From NCBI GenBank assembly GCA_010015585.1, contig ML975151.1: a stretch of 64,000 bases of DNA; one strand, 5' to 3'. Below, piece after piece: positions 1-10,315 of this stretch. A program made the translations under genes and the position numbers. The DNA comes from Eremomyces bilateralis CBS 781.70 (lineage: Eukaryota). The notes beneath the pieces are model-generated. The model ran no database searches and was not told the DNA's origin. It worked only from the letters and a program-made list of their open reading frames with translations. How positions within the stretch are numbered: the first letter of the stretch is position 1; every line of letters begins with the position of its first letter.

Positions 1-1571
1 GGATCCAGTAAAGACATGCGTACTGGACTTCAGGAGGAAGACTTTGTTCAACTCGGCTTCTCTCGACATTGGCTACAAGCATGCCGGGGGCATCTACACA
101 ACAGATATCTTGCTTAAGTGATGTTGACATAAGCCGTATACAGCTGTCGGTTAATACTTGATAGGCTTGCTTCTCGTCTACCCAGAACTCTGGGTCTTTG
201 CACCTGGCCTTGTTGAGGAGATAGTCCCGAAACGAAGGGTGATGTAGACGGAGTGGGTAGATGTCACCCTTCGGGATGTCTAGAATCGCATGAAGATCCT
301 TCAGGATCCGATCAATCTTTTGCTTCGTGACATTGAGCAGCTTGCCAAGCGAGCTGGCAGAGAGTGGAGAGAAAAGAAGCGCAATACTTCCAAGAATCTG
401 TCGTAGAGTGCCATACAACTCTTCCTTCTCTTTTGCTGAGTAACCTAGACGAATAGTCTTCTTTAGGACAGTAGTGTAGAGCTCATTGAGGTGCTCTTCT
501 GGTGCGGTAGTAGACGTGCTACCTTCTAGCAGAGTTTGTACTCTTTCTTCTGCGAATAGGCCTTCTTGAATGAATCGACAAGCAGTTGCGGCCCATATGA
601 ATAATCCACCTGCAATCTGGATCAGGAGTTTGATAGTCTCTTCGCCTGGCCAGCAGGAACCTAGAGAGTGTTCCTGTCCAATGAGATTAAGATTGTGCTT
701 AAAGTAAACAGAGATATCGTGATCTACGATCGATGGAGATATATTGTGGAGTACAAAGTCCTGGTGTTTACCATCTGGTATTTGAACGAAGCCGTTTCGG
801 ATCGGAACTTCAGGCCGGCTCGTCAGGAAGACTCGTAATCGAACCGTCTCTAACGATCGAGCTTCGGCCAAGAGATGTAGGATGATCCGGATGTCATTAT
901 CATTGTCGCACTCATCGAGTGCATCGACGACAAGGACGTACGCGGATTGGTTACCATTTTCGTTCAGCTTCGACAGCGGGCGTAGGACGAGTTGCTGCCA
1001 CTGATCACGAAGAGACTGGCTCGCAATGTCGCGACGCTCTTTGAGAGCGTCGCATATATGTTGGCCAAGAGACGGTATGCTGATCGCTAGCTGCCACGCA
1101 ATGCTCGTGACGAACTTGCCTGCATGACCGACGTCTCTACCGCCGCGCTCGAAGAAGAAGCTGGCTCCAAGGCGCTTCTGCTTAAAATATATCCGAGCGA
1201 CAGTGCGCGTAATCGTCGACTTCCCTGTGCCGGCCAAGCCATTCAGCCAGAAGATGCAGCGCTCGTCTCGGCTACCAGCCCAGCTGTAGATCTCTTGAAG
1301 GAGGTCAACGCGGGTATCGGGAAGGCAGGTCACGTCATGTTGTCGCTGGTATGCGTTGAACGGCGCGTCCTCTGCGGTAGGGAGGGATTTAAGCACATCG
1401 TTCAAGTCTAGATTTCCAGTCAGCTTCTTGCTGCTTCGAGGCCATAGCCAGCTAAGCACACTCACTTTCGCTGCTCCCAAAGTTCACAGATCCATGGACA
1501 GTGCCAGCAACAACCTGCGAATTCTGGTTGGCGGACAAACCGCTAATAATGCGTTGAGTACTGCCTGACAT
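1..1571 (-). CDS. NLR-type NACHT (STAND NTPase) protein, HET-E/NWD-like; 3' end runs off the window
   Basis: Manual translation (absent from the ORF track because no stop occurs in the window). Exon 1 1571..1466 MSGSTQRIISGLSANQNSQVVAGTVHGSVNFGSSE; intron 1465..1408 (GTGAGT...GCTGAC...CTAG). Exon 2 has CLPDTRVDLLQEIYSW, Walker A IFWLNGLAGTGKSTIARTVA, LGASFFF, Walker B VLVVDALDEC, VFLTSRPE, AGGLFIWAATAC, LRLHHPSFRDYL, PEVQYACLYWI. Confidence 0.93.
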
Positions 1572-1944
1572 GAGCTGGAGTAGCGACGCTAAGTTTTGCT
1601 AGCTGCCGGCTGTTGCTCTCTTCTGGAGTGTATTGCCGTGTATGTGAACATGTGCATGCGAACACCTGGGAGTGAGTTTATATCTGTACCCAGATGAGGT
1701 TCATCCTCAACTAACGAATGCATTCGCAAGGCTCGCCAATCAATACTCCTGCCTTGCCGCTACTGCTGGGGAGCAGCTGTCGGCTACAAAGTAGGGCGGA
1801 CCTAATAACGCCAAGACCATTCGTCGACGTTTCGTCGACGTTTGAAGGTTTGAAAACGGAAAATAGCGCTATACCTGATAGGGTAGCGCTAAACTATAAA
1901 CAGAATTTCGGTAGCACACAGATTACGGAGTAGGCATGTGTCGG

Positions 1945-3397
1945 CGCCCAGCGGAGGACAAAAATAGCGGGACTCACATTGGGCTTGGCGCCACCACCCG
2001 TACAGATTTCTATATAAAAACAGATATATTCACAATAACGCAGTCAATCCACGTCAAAGTGGAAGGTGACGTTATTAAGTCTTATACAAACAGTCTATAT
2101 GTAAAAAAAGCGGCGGTTAGCCCCCCATTCCGCCCCCATAACCAATCAGTTGACCACCAGCCTCGATCACCTTTCGAAGTCGATCAGGCATAGAAAGTAC
2201 CCGTTTATTAATCCATTCCTGTTTAAGCTCTCCCCAGGCCTCGATCGCTAATTCACGAGTCTCTTCGGGATTGAAATGGCGATATTTCCGTACGTATTGC
2301 TTCGTCGGTTGCCAACAGTCCTCGATGATCGCAAGATCCGGCGATCCTGCGCAATTAAAGTACGAATGTACGCCATTTTGCTCTTTCCATTGTTGTACGG
2401 CATTGCCTTTTTTCCGTGACCGCGGCGGTGCATGGCCTGAGTCTTGATCCTCCTCTAAAACGAAGAAATCTCCACGGTCGACCCATTCCTGAACTTCCAT
2501 CTGGAGTATCTCCTTGGGATAAACGTCCTGGGTCATCTTCCCGTTTTTATTCGTCGGTATCTCGTAAAAGGTAAGGGGGGACTTGAAGTCGTAGCCCACC
2601 GCGGCCCATGCGTAGACTTTGAGCTTCTCTGCGTCGTCCCGTTCCTCCGCGCGTTGGATACACTTGGGACAGTACCGTTCGCCGCGTTTCCGGATAATAA
2701 CGAGCTTCCCTTGAGGCCCCATCCCGAAATGGACTTCGTCGCTAAATCTGATATATTTCCAGTGATCCGGAGTCGGATACTTATCGAGCCAAAGCTTCGC
2801 GCGGTTCAATCGCATCTCGGCCAGCTGTTTGTTGCAGTACGGCTTCCGACACGCGACGCATTTGAAGTATCCATGCTTTTCCATAGCCCGACGAATTGTT
2901 CGGCTAGAAACATCGAGTCCGGCCTCAAGCGCAAGTGTATCCCAATCAATAGCTCGTTCTTCGGCGCAGTCAGCGCTCTCGAGGATATCGGTCATCCGTT
3001 GGATATCTTCGTCGGTGATTTTAGGCGGTCGACCTCTTGTTTCGAGTCGATTAGGGATATTCCGTTCCCTCCGCTCAGTTTCCGCTTTGGCGTACTCATA
3101 TCCTCTGGTTTTGGATACGCCATAACGGCGGAAGATATCGGCGTGAGTGTAAGTCCGATTAAAACCATCGATACGTCTTATACCGTTAATATACTCAATA
3201 GCATCCTTAATTTTCGCTTTTGTAGGTGTTGTAATATGTTCTCGAGGCCTTTTTCTACGATCTTCAGCTAATAGAGCTGCTGCACGGGTTTGGGGAGCCA
3301 TATTAATTGATTATCTAAATGGAAGATGAATAGAGATTTTGGTGGTGGTCTGCCAAGGCCTGAAATGAGTCCCGCTATTTTTGTCCTCCGCTGGGCG
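1945..3397 (-). mobile_element. Full-length Tc1/mariner DNA transposon with perfect 32-bp inverted repeats
   Basis: CGCCCAGCGGAGGACAAAAATAGCGGGACTCA at 1945-1976 is the exact reverse complement of 3366-3397. The repeats enclose an intact transposase ORF. Confidence 0.93.
2117..3301 (-). CDS. Tc1-like DDE transposase (DD41E spacing)
   Basis: GRPPKIT, HTH region (VSSRTIRRAM), catalytic motifs RFSDEVHF / LEEDQDSGH / SPDLAIIEDCW, C-terminal SMPDRLRKVIEAGG. 41 residues lie between the second D and the E (hand count). Confidence 0.93.
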   Translation of the reverse strand: MAPQTRAAALLAEDRRKRPREHITTPTKAKIKDAIEYINGIRRIDGFNRTYTHADIFRRYGVSKTRGYEYAKAETERRERNIPNRLETRGRPPKITDEDIQRMTDILESADCAEERAIDWDTLALEAGLDVSSRTIRRAMEKHGYFKCVACRKPYCNKQLAEMRLNRAKLWLDKYPTPDHWKYIRFSDEVHFGMGPQGKLVIIRKRGERYCPKCIQRAEERDDAEKLKVYAWAAVGYDFKSPLTFYEIPTNKNGKMTQDVYPKEILQMEVQEWVDRGDFFVLEEDQDSGHAPPRSRKKGNAVQQWKEQNGVHSYFNCAGSPDLAIIEDCWQPTKQYVRKYRHFNPEETRELAIEAWGELKQEWINKRVLSMPDRLRKVIEAGGQLIGYGGGMGG

Positions 3398-3953
3398 GCG
3401 GTGGGCCACCCTTGCATCGCAACTTTTCCCAGTTCGTCCCATCTAGCGCCGGCCTCGGCATGATTCAACATCGCATGATTGGATTCCTCGCTCCAACGCA
3501 GCATCACCGTCTGCAGCTCACCACACGTGTCCCAAAACCGCGATAACCTAACGTCGCCTACATGGCCAGCGTGGCTAGATGGTCCGGAAACGCGCCGTCC
3601 CTTGCCGCGACTGCGAAAAGCGGCAGCAGGCTGGAGGTAGGATGTGGTAAGCTATGAGCTATGAGCTATGAGCATGGAGCTGACGAGATGTCCTCCGAGC
3701 CCTCGGGGCAGTTGGTTGCGTTTCTTTGTTGTGCGGCATTGGCGATTCACAGTCGAATTGAGGCGTTCACATATTCTGGACCGGTTCCTACTATAGTGAG
3801 CCTGAAGCCGTCTCGTGGTTGTCGTTGAAACATTGTCCTTCGTCAGGTCTCTTTATTTTTCCAGTCGTCATAGTCAATTTCCAGACGTCCCAGTGACCTC
3901 GAGGAGCTCTATCGTCCAAAATCCCCAGCGACGATACGGACTCAATCGTCAAA

Positions 3954-5679
3954 ATGGCACCCAACATCATGATCAGCAATAACATGCCCCTCGGCGTGGA
4001 CACTAACACCTCCATCCCCCAGTGCATGCTCCGCTACAACCCCGACGACGTCGCCTCCGACAAGCTCGTCCACCTCGACACCATCTCCGGCAAGTCCCTC
4101 ACCTACGGCGGCCTCCGCAAGCGCGCTGCCCACTGCGCCTGGGGCCTGCGCAACAAGCTCGGCCTGCAGGTCCAGCAGATCATGCTCGTCTTTGCGCCCA
4201 ATTGCACGGATTTCGTGCTCCTCGCGCACGCCATCTGGTGGAGCGGCGCGGTTCTGTCGCCGTTGAACACCGCGTCGACGGTGAAGGATATCGAGCATGT
4301 TTTGAACCTGGTAGGGCCAACGCATATTGCGGTGGCGCCGCCGTTTGTAGAGAAGGTGATAGAGGCGATTCGGGGATCGAAGCTAGCGGGGTCGAGGGCG
4401 CCGACGCTGTGCACCTTATTGGAACGACATGGAGATCTGCCTCTGTTTCCAGAAGATGTCGAAGGCACTTCGAGTGCGGAGAGTCTACCGCCGTGGGATC
4501 TGGACGGCATGTCCTCCAAGGAGGCGGTCAGCAGTGTGTGTTTTTCTTCCGGTACGACCGGACTGATCAAAGGAGTGAAATTATCACACTACAGCCAGAT
4601 CATGAACATGATCCAACTGCGCGTCTCCATGCCCACGCGAATCCACTCCGGCATGCGCGAAGTCTTCTTCCCTCCTTGTAAGTTCCCTCATCTCCCATCC
4701 TTCCACGAGCTCCACCAACGTCTCCGCAGTCGGCCACATCTACGGCGTCGCCATCATCATGCTCACCGGCATGTGGGTCGGTGCGTTCTTCTGCACCATG
4801 CCATCCTTCGACCTCCCCACCTACTGCGCCCTCATGCAACGCCACCGCGCCACCGACATGCACATCGTCCCACCCGTCGCCCTCCTCCTCACCACCTCCC
4901 CGATCGCACAGTCCCACGACCTCTCCTCCGTCCGCAACATCATGGTCACCGCCGCCCCGCTCAAACCGGCCCTGCAGACGAAACTCCTCACCCGCTTCCC
5001 TGACGCCGATATCTACCAGGGCTACGGCATGACGGAGACCTGCCCGGCGCTGACCTCGCAGCATCATCTCACGGCGACGAATATCGGCAGCGTGGGGAAG
5101 CTGGTCACAATGACGGAGGCACGGCTGGTGGATCCGAGCACGGGAGTGGACGTGCGGGATGGCGAGGAGGGGGAGATGTGGGTGAAAGGTCCGCAGGTGA
5201 TGATGGGGTACATCAACGACGCGGCAGCGACGCGGGCGGCATTCTCAGACGACGGGTGGCTGCGCACGGGAGATATCCTGCGGCGGGACGGGAACGGGGA
5301 TTACTGGGTGACGGACCGGTTGAAGGAGATGGTGAAGTACAAGGGGTTTCAGGTGGCACCGTCGGAGTTGGAGGATCTGCTGCTGGGGCATCCGGACGTA
5401 GTGGACGCGGCGGTGTGCGGGGTGTATGTGGAGGCGGAGGCGACGGAGGTTCCGGTGGCATATGTGAGTTTGGTGGAGGGAAAGGCGGGGGTGGTGGGAG
5501 AGGAGAGGAGGAGGGTGTTGGAGGGGATACGGGGGTGGTTGGATGGGAGGGTAGGGGGATATAAGAGGTTGAGAGGGGGGGTGCATCATTTGCAGGAGTT
5601 GCCAAAGACGCCGAGTGGGAAGATCTTGAGGAGGGAGTTGCCGGCGAAGGTGAAGGCGGCGAGGATGGCGAAGCTGTAG
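3954..5679 (+). CDS. 4-coumarate-CoA ligase-like acyl-CoA synthetase, peroxisomal (PTS1 AKL)
   Basis: AMP-binding motifs FSSGTTGLIKGV, YQGYGMTET, WLRTGD, KYKGFQVAPSELE, LPKTPSGKILRR. Intron 4678..4729 (GTAAGT...CAG) joins the two ORF-track halves (FFPPF-GHIYG). C-terminus ARMAKL. Confidence 0.93.
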
Positions 5680-6600
5680 GGGTGGGATGAGATACGAACT
5701 TATGGATGGATGAGCCGTTATGAGTATGCTGCTCTCGTAGTCGGAGTGGGATCAGGGTTTCCACTTTATTCCGACAATAACGATAGACCAATGATAGATC
5801 AATGAACATTATGAGTTACAATAGGGGTAGTGTACCCTTCACCTCCGCTGTATCATCAAGGGCATGAAGACACATGCATGAATTAAATCCTCTACCTAAC
5901 TAGCAACTAGACTAGGAACCGCCTTTTGCCCCGTTCCAGACCTCGTGAATTCGTGTCAATAGCTTTCCATTCACCCTCGGACCACAGACACGGTGATCCT
6001 CTAAATCAAGAACCAGCCACCTCACATTGCTACCCACACGATTTCTTAGCAGGCATGTAAGATATGTAAATGTAGCAACTCTTGATTCATTCGCACCACA
6101 CTCTTCCCCAGGGATATGGAAGGGATATGGAAGGAATAACTACACGAACTGGTATAAAAGATCGATAAAGAACATTATGGTAAGGGTCGGCCCATGGTGC
6201 GGTATATGGTAGGTAAAGGTAAGGTCAGGGACCGTGTAGATGTCTCCGTATCCAGTCCGTGATATCGTCCCCAGAGTCTCAGATATCGGCTCCCCTTCCA
6301 TAAAAGCATGGCATGACGACGCCTAGGTGGGGTGATGCGATGCATACATGCATGCGTGTGCGATCACCATTGAGTTTCCCGCCTTCTGCACGCCACATCG
6401 ATATCGACAGAAATGTCAACAGCGAATCGGCGACACCTTCCTCTTTTCAGCACGCGTTGCAAACGAGCCGAAATCAACCCCTGGGGATCAACCACCCCCA
6501 TCCCATCCATTCCATTCAACTCCCTTCCCACCGTTTCCCCTTTTTCTCCCTCTCCCTTCCACTTTCCATCACAACATCCCCCCTTTTCTCCCAAGCACAC

Positions 6601-6795
6601 TTAAACCACCTCCTTCGCAACTCTCTTCGCCTGGATCTTCCGGTAGGCGAACAGGCTGATCAGGAAGATGGCGACGGTGCCGACGATGGCGAACACGACG
6701 ATGACGCCGGGCTCCTTGGCGGCCCAGTTCTTGCGCTTCGTGAGCGTCGAGAAGGCGAGTTCGGGAGCGCTTTGTAGGGATGAGATGGCGGCCAT
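6601..6795 (-). CDS. 64-aa single-pass membrane microprotein, uncharacterised
   Basis: ATG in good context (ATCGCCATGG). MAAISSLQSAPELAFSTLTKRKNWAAKEPGVIVVFAIVGTVAIFLISLFAYRKIQAKRVAKEVV has one hydrophobic helix followed by a basic tail and strong C-ending codon bias. Confidence 0.75.
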   Translation of the reverse strand: MAAISSLQSAPELAFSTLTKRKNWAAKEPGVIVVFAIVGTVAIFLISLFAYRKIQAKRVAKEVV

Positions 6796-7231
6796 GGCGA
6801 TTGTGGGTAATGTTTTGTTCGGCGTGGGTTGAGGAGCTGCAGGCGCGGGGATGTTAGTTGGTGGTGGTGGAGGGGGGTTGGGCGTGGTGGGACGGGTTTG
6901 CAATTAATATTAGGGGACTGGATGAGAAGACGGAAAACAGAGAGATTGAGAAGGTAAACAGTCTCGATCTGTGCAGAAGAAAAACTTGAGAGGTGGAAAT
7001 GATATCGGCAAGGTGCGGGAACTAGGAAGCGGTGATTAAGCAGGATCAACGTGCCGGTTGAATATGTTCTGCCAATTGCCTCCAATTGGGGTTCAGTGAC
7101 GGAGACGAGTTCGACGTGCAATTCAACAATTGATCGCAAGTATTGCAATACAGTCTTCTCGTCGCGTGGAGTGGAAAGACGAAGCAGCAGCACGTTGGAG
7201 CGGTTTTGGTGGAGGGACAATTGCGGCTTAA

Positions 7232-7512
7232 GGTGAACAGAAACCCAGCAGCAGCAGAGCTCAAATCCAGGACAGCTCCCAAAACAATAAAAAGCTCAAT
7301 TGCCCGATCAACGCAACGCCCAAAAAGTCCTTTTTTGTTTCTCCTCGGATTGGCATTCAAGGATCACTCGGCTTTTTAAGACGAATTCCTGGCAATTGGC
7401 AATGCGGTCTTCGCTCGGATAGCTCGGGAGCAGGCAAACTTTTTTTCGTCGAGGATTTTGGAGACTGCCCCGGAAAATCGCGCAAAATGCTGCTGCTGGG
7501 ATTTGGTGCACC
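7232..7512 (-). repeat. Long imperfect inverted repeat / RNA hairpin, probably in a 5'-UTR intron
   Basis: 13-bp perfect stem 7244-7256 / 7488-7500, followed inward by helices 7266-7275 / 7465-7474 and others that pair via G-U on the minus-strand RNA. Confidence 0.7.
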
Positions 7513-8764
7513 AAAAGTCCATAAACGACACTCGTCACTCACTCCAACGTTTCTGGTCTGCTTCGTTTCGCCTCACGTCATGCACGCATTGATTGCAGAA
7601 GCCAACGGCGGTGCAATGGGGGTGGTGGCGGGCAAAAGGAACGGAACTGAACGACGTGCATGCACATGGAGGGACCACCAACGCTCTCACTCACTCACCT
7701 GTTGCTAAGCTTCGGTAGCTGAATCGATCAATTCTCGCAGCTGCGCAGGGTGTCGGATGACCTTGGATCGCGGCGCGCAACGTAGGCGAATCGGGCGAGG
7801 GGTACGGGGCTCGAAAGCGTTCGAATTGATAGAAGATTTGGGAATTGATGAAGCAGAGAGATCAGAGAAGGAGAAGGTTCGAAATGGAAGTAGAAAAGAG
7901 GCTGGTGTTGGCGTCGAGGAGTGACGGAATCGGGTGGGAGCCGCGAGGGCGCTGAGGCGCTGATGGAGTGGGACAGCTGATTGGTTGGTGGAGGGGCAAC
8001 GAAGGGGAACAGGTAAGGAGCTGGTGGTCGTTGGTGGGCACTGAAGGGTGGTGGGTGGGGGGAGAAAGAAGAAATTGCTGTCTGAAGGTCTGATTGCGCT
8101 GATCAACGGCCTGGGCGTTAAGAGTTGAGAAATGGGAGCTTGGTCGGAATTACATACTTGATGATAAATGGTGATTGTTCTTGGTCTTGCTTGGCTTCTC
8201 CGCTCCCAGGACAGAGAGGTGATGGAGTGCTAATCTATCTATCCGATTGACTCTACGTAGGATTCTATCAAAGAACAATCCCTCTACAACCTACACTCTA
8301 GAAAAACTATGTCAAAGGGGTCGAAGGGACTCTCATCTCAAGCGGAAACCGGCACTGAATTGCCTGTGGAAACTCGGGAGCTCCAGCGTAGCAGTGTCAT
8401 TTTGGCACCCAGTATTCCTAGCGCCGGTTGTAACCCGGGCTCGTCGATGACTTAGCGTACCATCGCAATCCGCAATCCAAGATTTCAGCTGGGCATCGCT
8501 CGGCGAACGAAGCTTATCACGGCGATGTGACAGGGGCTTCGTTGTCATGCTCCAGTTTTCTTCGACCCTTCATTAAACCGACGATGATAATGTGCAGAAA
8601 CAGGAACAGAAACTGATCATCTAACAATTCCACATACGTAGTACACGAGAACGGGGAGCTTTTGAGTGGATTGATTTTACCTGGACACACATGTACTATG
8701 TACGATAGATGACGCTCCTCTCAGAAGTATCTCGTTCCTGCTGATTTTATTTCAAAACATGTAT

Positions 8765-9699
8765 CTACAATTTCGACGGCACCCACTTCGGCTGCTTCTT
8801 CTGCGCAAACGCCGCCAACCCAATCCGAATATTATCCCCCTTCATCAACTTCGCTCCATACTGCTCCGACGTCACCCGCGCCGCCCCCTCCACGCTCGCC
8901 GTCTCCCACGCCTCCCGCAACCCCGCCCGCGTTACGATCACCGCATCCGGACTCAGCGCTGCGATCTTCTGCGCCAGCTCCACCGCCTCGGAAACGACTG
9001 TCGCCTGCGACTGCGCGATCCGATTAATCAGATTGAACCGCAGCGCTTCCTCGGCTGTCAGTTGGCGTCCGGTCATCGCGATCTCCGACGCGAGCGGGAT
9101 CCCGACGTTGCGCACGATGCGTGGGAGGCCGCCGGCGGCGGCATAGAGGCCGCGTAGGGCTTCGGGGAGGCCGAATTTGGCGGTGGGCGCGGCGACGACC
9201 ATGTCGCTGTGACGCAGATAGGTCAGTAATGCAAGGAATATGATATAATATGATTACAGGACACATGTGGGAAGGAGAAGGCTCCTTACCAATTCAACAC
9301 GATCTCAAACCCGCCGCCCAACGCCCACCCATTCACCGCCGCCAACACCGGCTTCTTTCCCACCCGCCGACTCACGCCCGCGAACCCGCTCGCGGGATGC
9401 GTGGCGAGCGCCCGGTCCGACGAGGACGCCTTCCCGCCCTTGATGTGGCCCTGCTCGATGAGGTCCTGGCCGGCACAGAAGGAGCGGGTGCCGGCGCCGG
9501 TGATGATGGCGACGCGGAGGTCGGGCTCGTCGTCGAACCAGCGGAACACGTCGTCGGCTTCCCAGTGGGCGAAGGAGGGGATGGAGTTCATGGCTTTTTC
9601 GCGGGTGATGGTGACGAGGAGGATGTGGGGAGCGGGGTAGGAGAGGGCGAAGGAGGAGGAGGGGATGGCGGGTGGGGGGGTGGAGGGTGTCCAGGTCAT
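8765..9699 (-). CDS. Enoyl-CoA hydratase/isomerase (crotonase), peroxisomal (PTS1 SKL)
   Basis: FCAGQDL, KPVLAAVNGWALGGGFEIVLNCD, FGLPEALRGL. Intron 9289..9207 (GTAAGG...CTGAC...CAG). Ends WVPSKL. Confidence 0.93.
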
Positions 9700-10315
9700 T
9701 TTGGCGGTAGTGGTGGTTGGATGCTGGTGTCGTTTCGTGCTGGATTCGCAATTCTTTTGATATTGAGATGCCGTATCGACCGTGGAGGTAAGTATCGGTA
9801 GGTCTTGTAGTTGGTAGTATCGCTCTGTTTCGTCCGATGTTATGAAGTATTCAATCCCAACGAGTAGATCAGTTAGGCACGCTCTGAAGACACCAAACCG
9901 AAGACAAGAAAGAAACAGAGGCTGAAAGACAACCCGTCATCAATATGAAGTCGTTCCCCCAGGTGAGATGGAGTTCTCTCCGCATTACACTACTTGAATG
10001 GGGGACCTCGGCTTCAAGCGACCATTGCCCTACCGAAGTCAGGGGTCGGCGGGATGTTTTGGTCATGATCGCCGTCGATTATGGGTAAACATTACCCACG
10101 TTTGTTGAAATATCTTCATGTTTACTGGTGCAGTCAACATTCTGTATTCTGAAACTATGTTACGGGCAACCGCAATAGGAGGGAGTACAGCATGGTGGTA
10201 CCATTGTCTCAATGTTTGTCAATAACAAGACTAGACTAAGTCTGACTTGTGAGCTAGAGATATATCAAGGCATTAACTATTCATGCCTTGTTGCCTTATA
10301 TTGGAGGCCAACATG

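Noticed and set aside
3651..3673. GCTATGA x3 tandem repeat (also GAGGTACTTGT x2 near 52242)
   Set aside because: Short simple repeats with no spacers; not CRISPR-like and no evident function.
4022..5809. Many overlapping Pro/Arg/Gly-rich alternative ORFs (also around 41183-42573 and 50008-50779)
   Set aside because: Shadow frames produced by the strong C/G skew of real genes.
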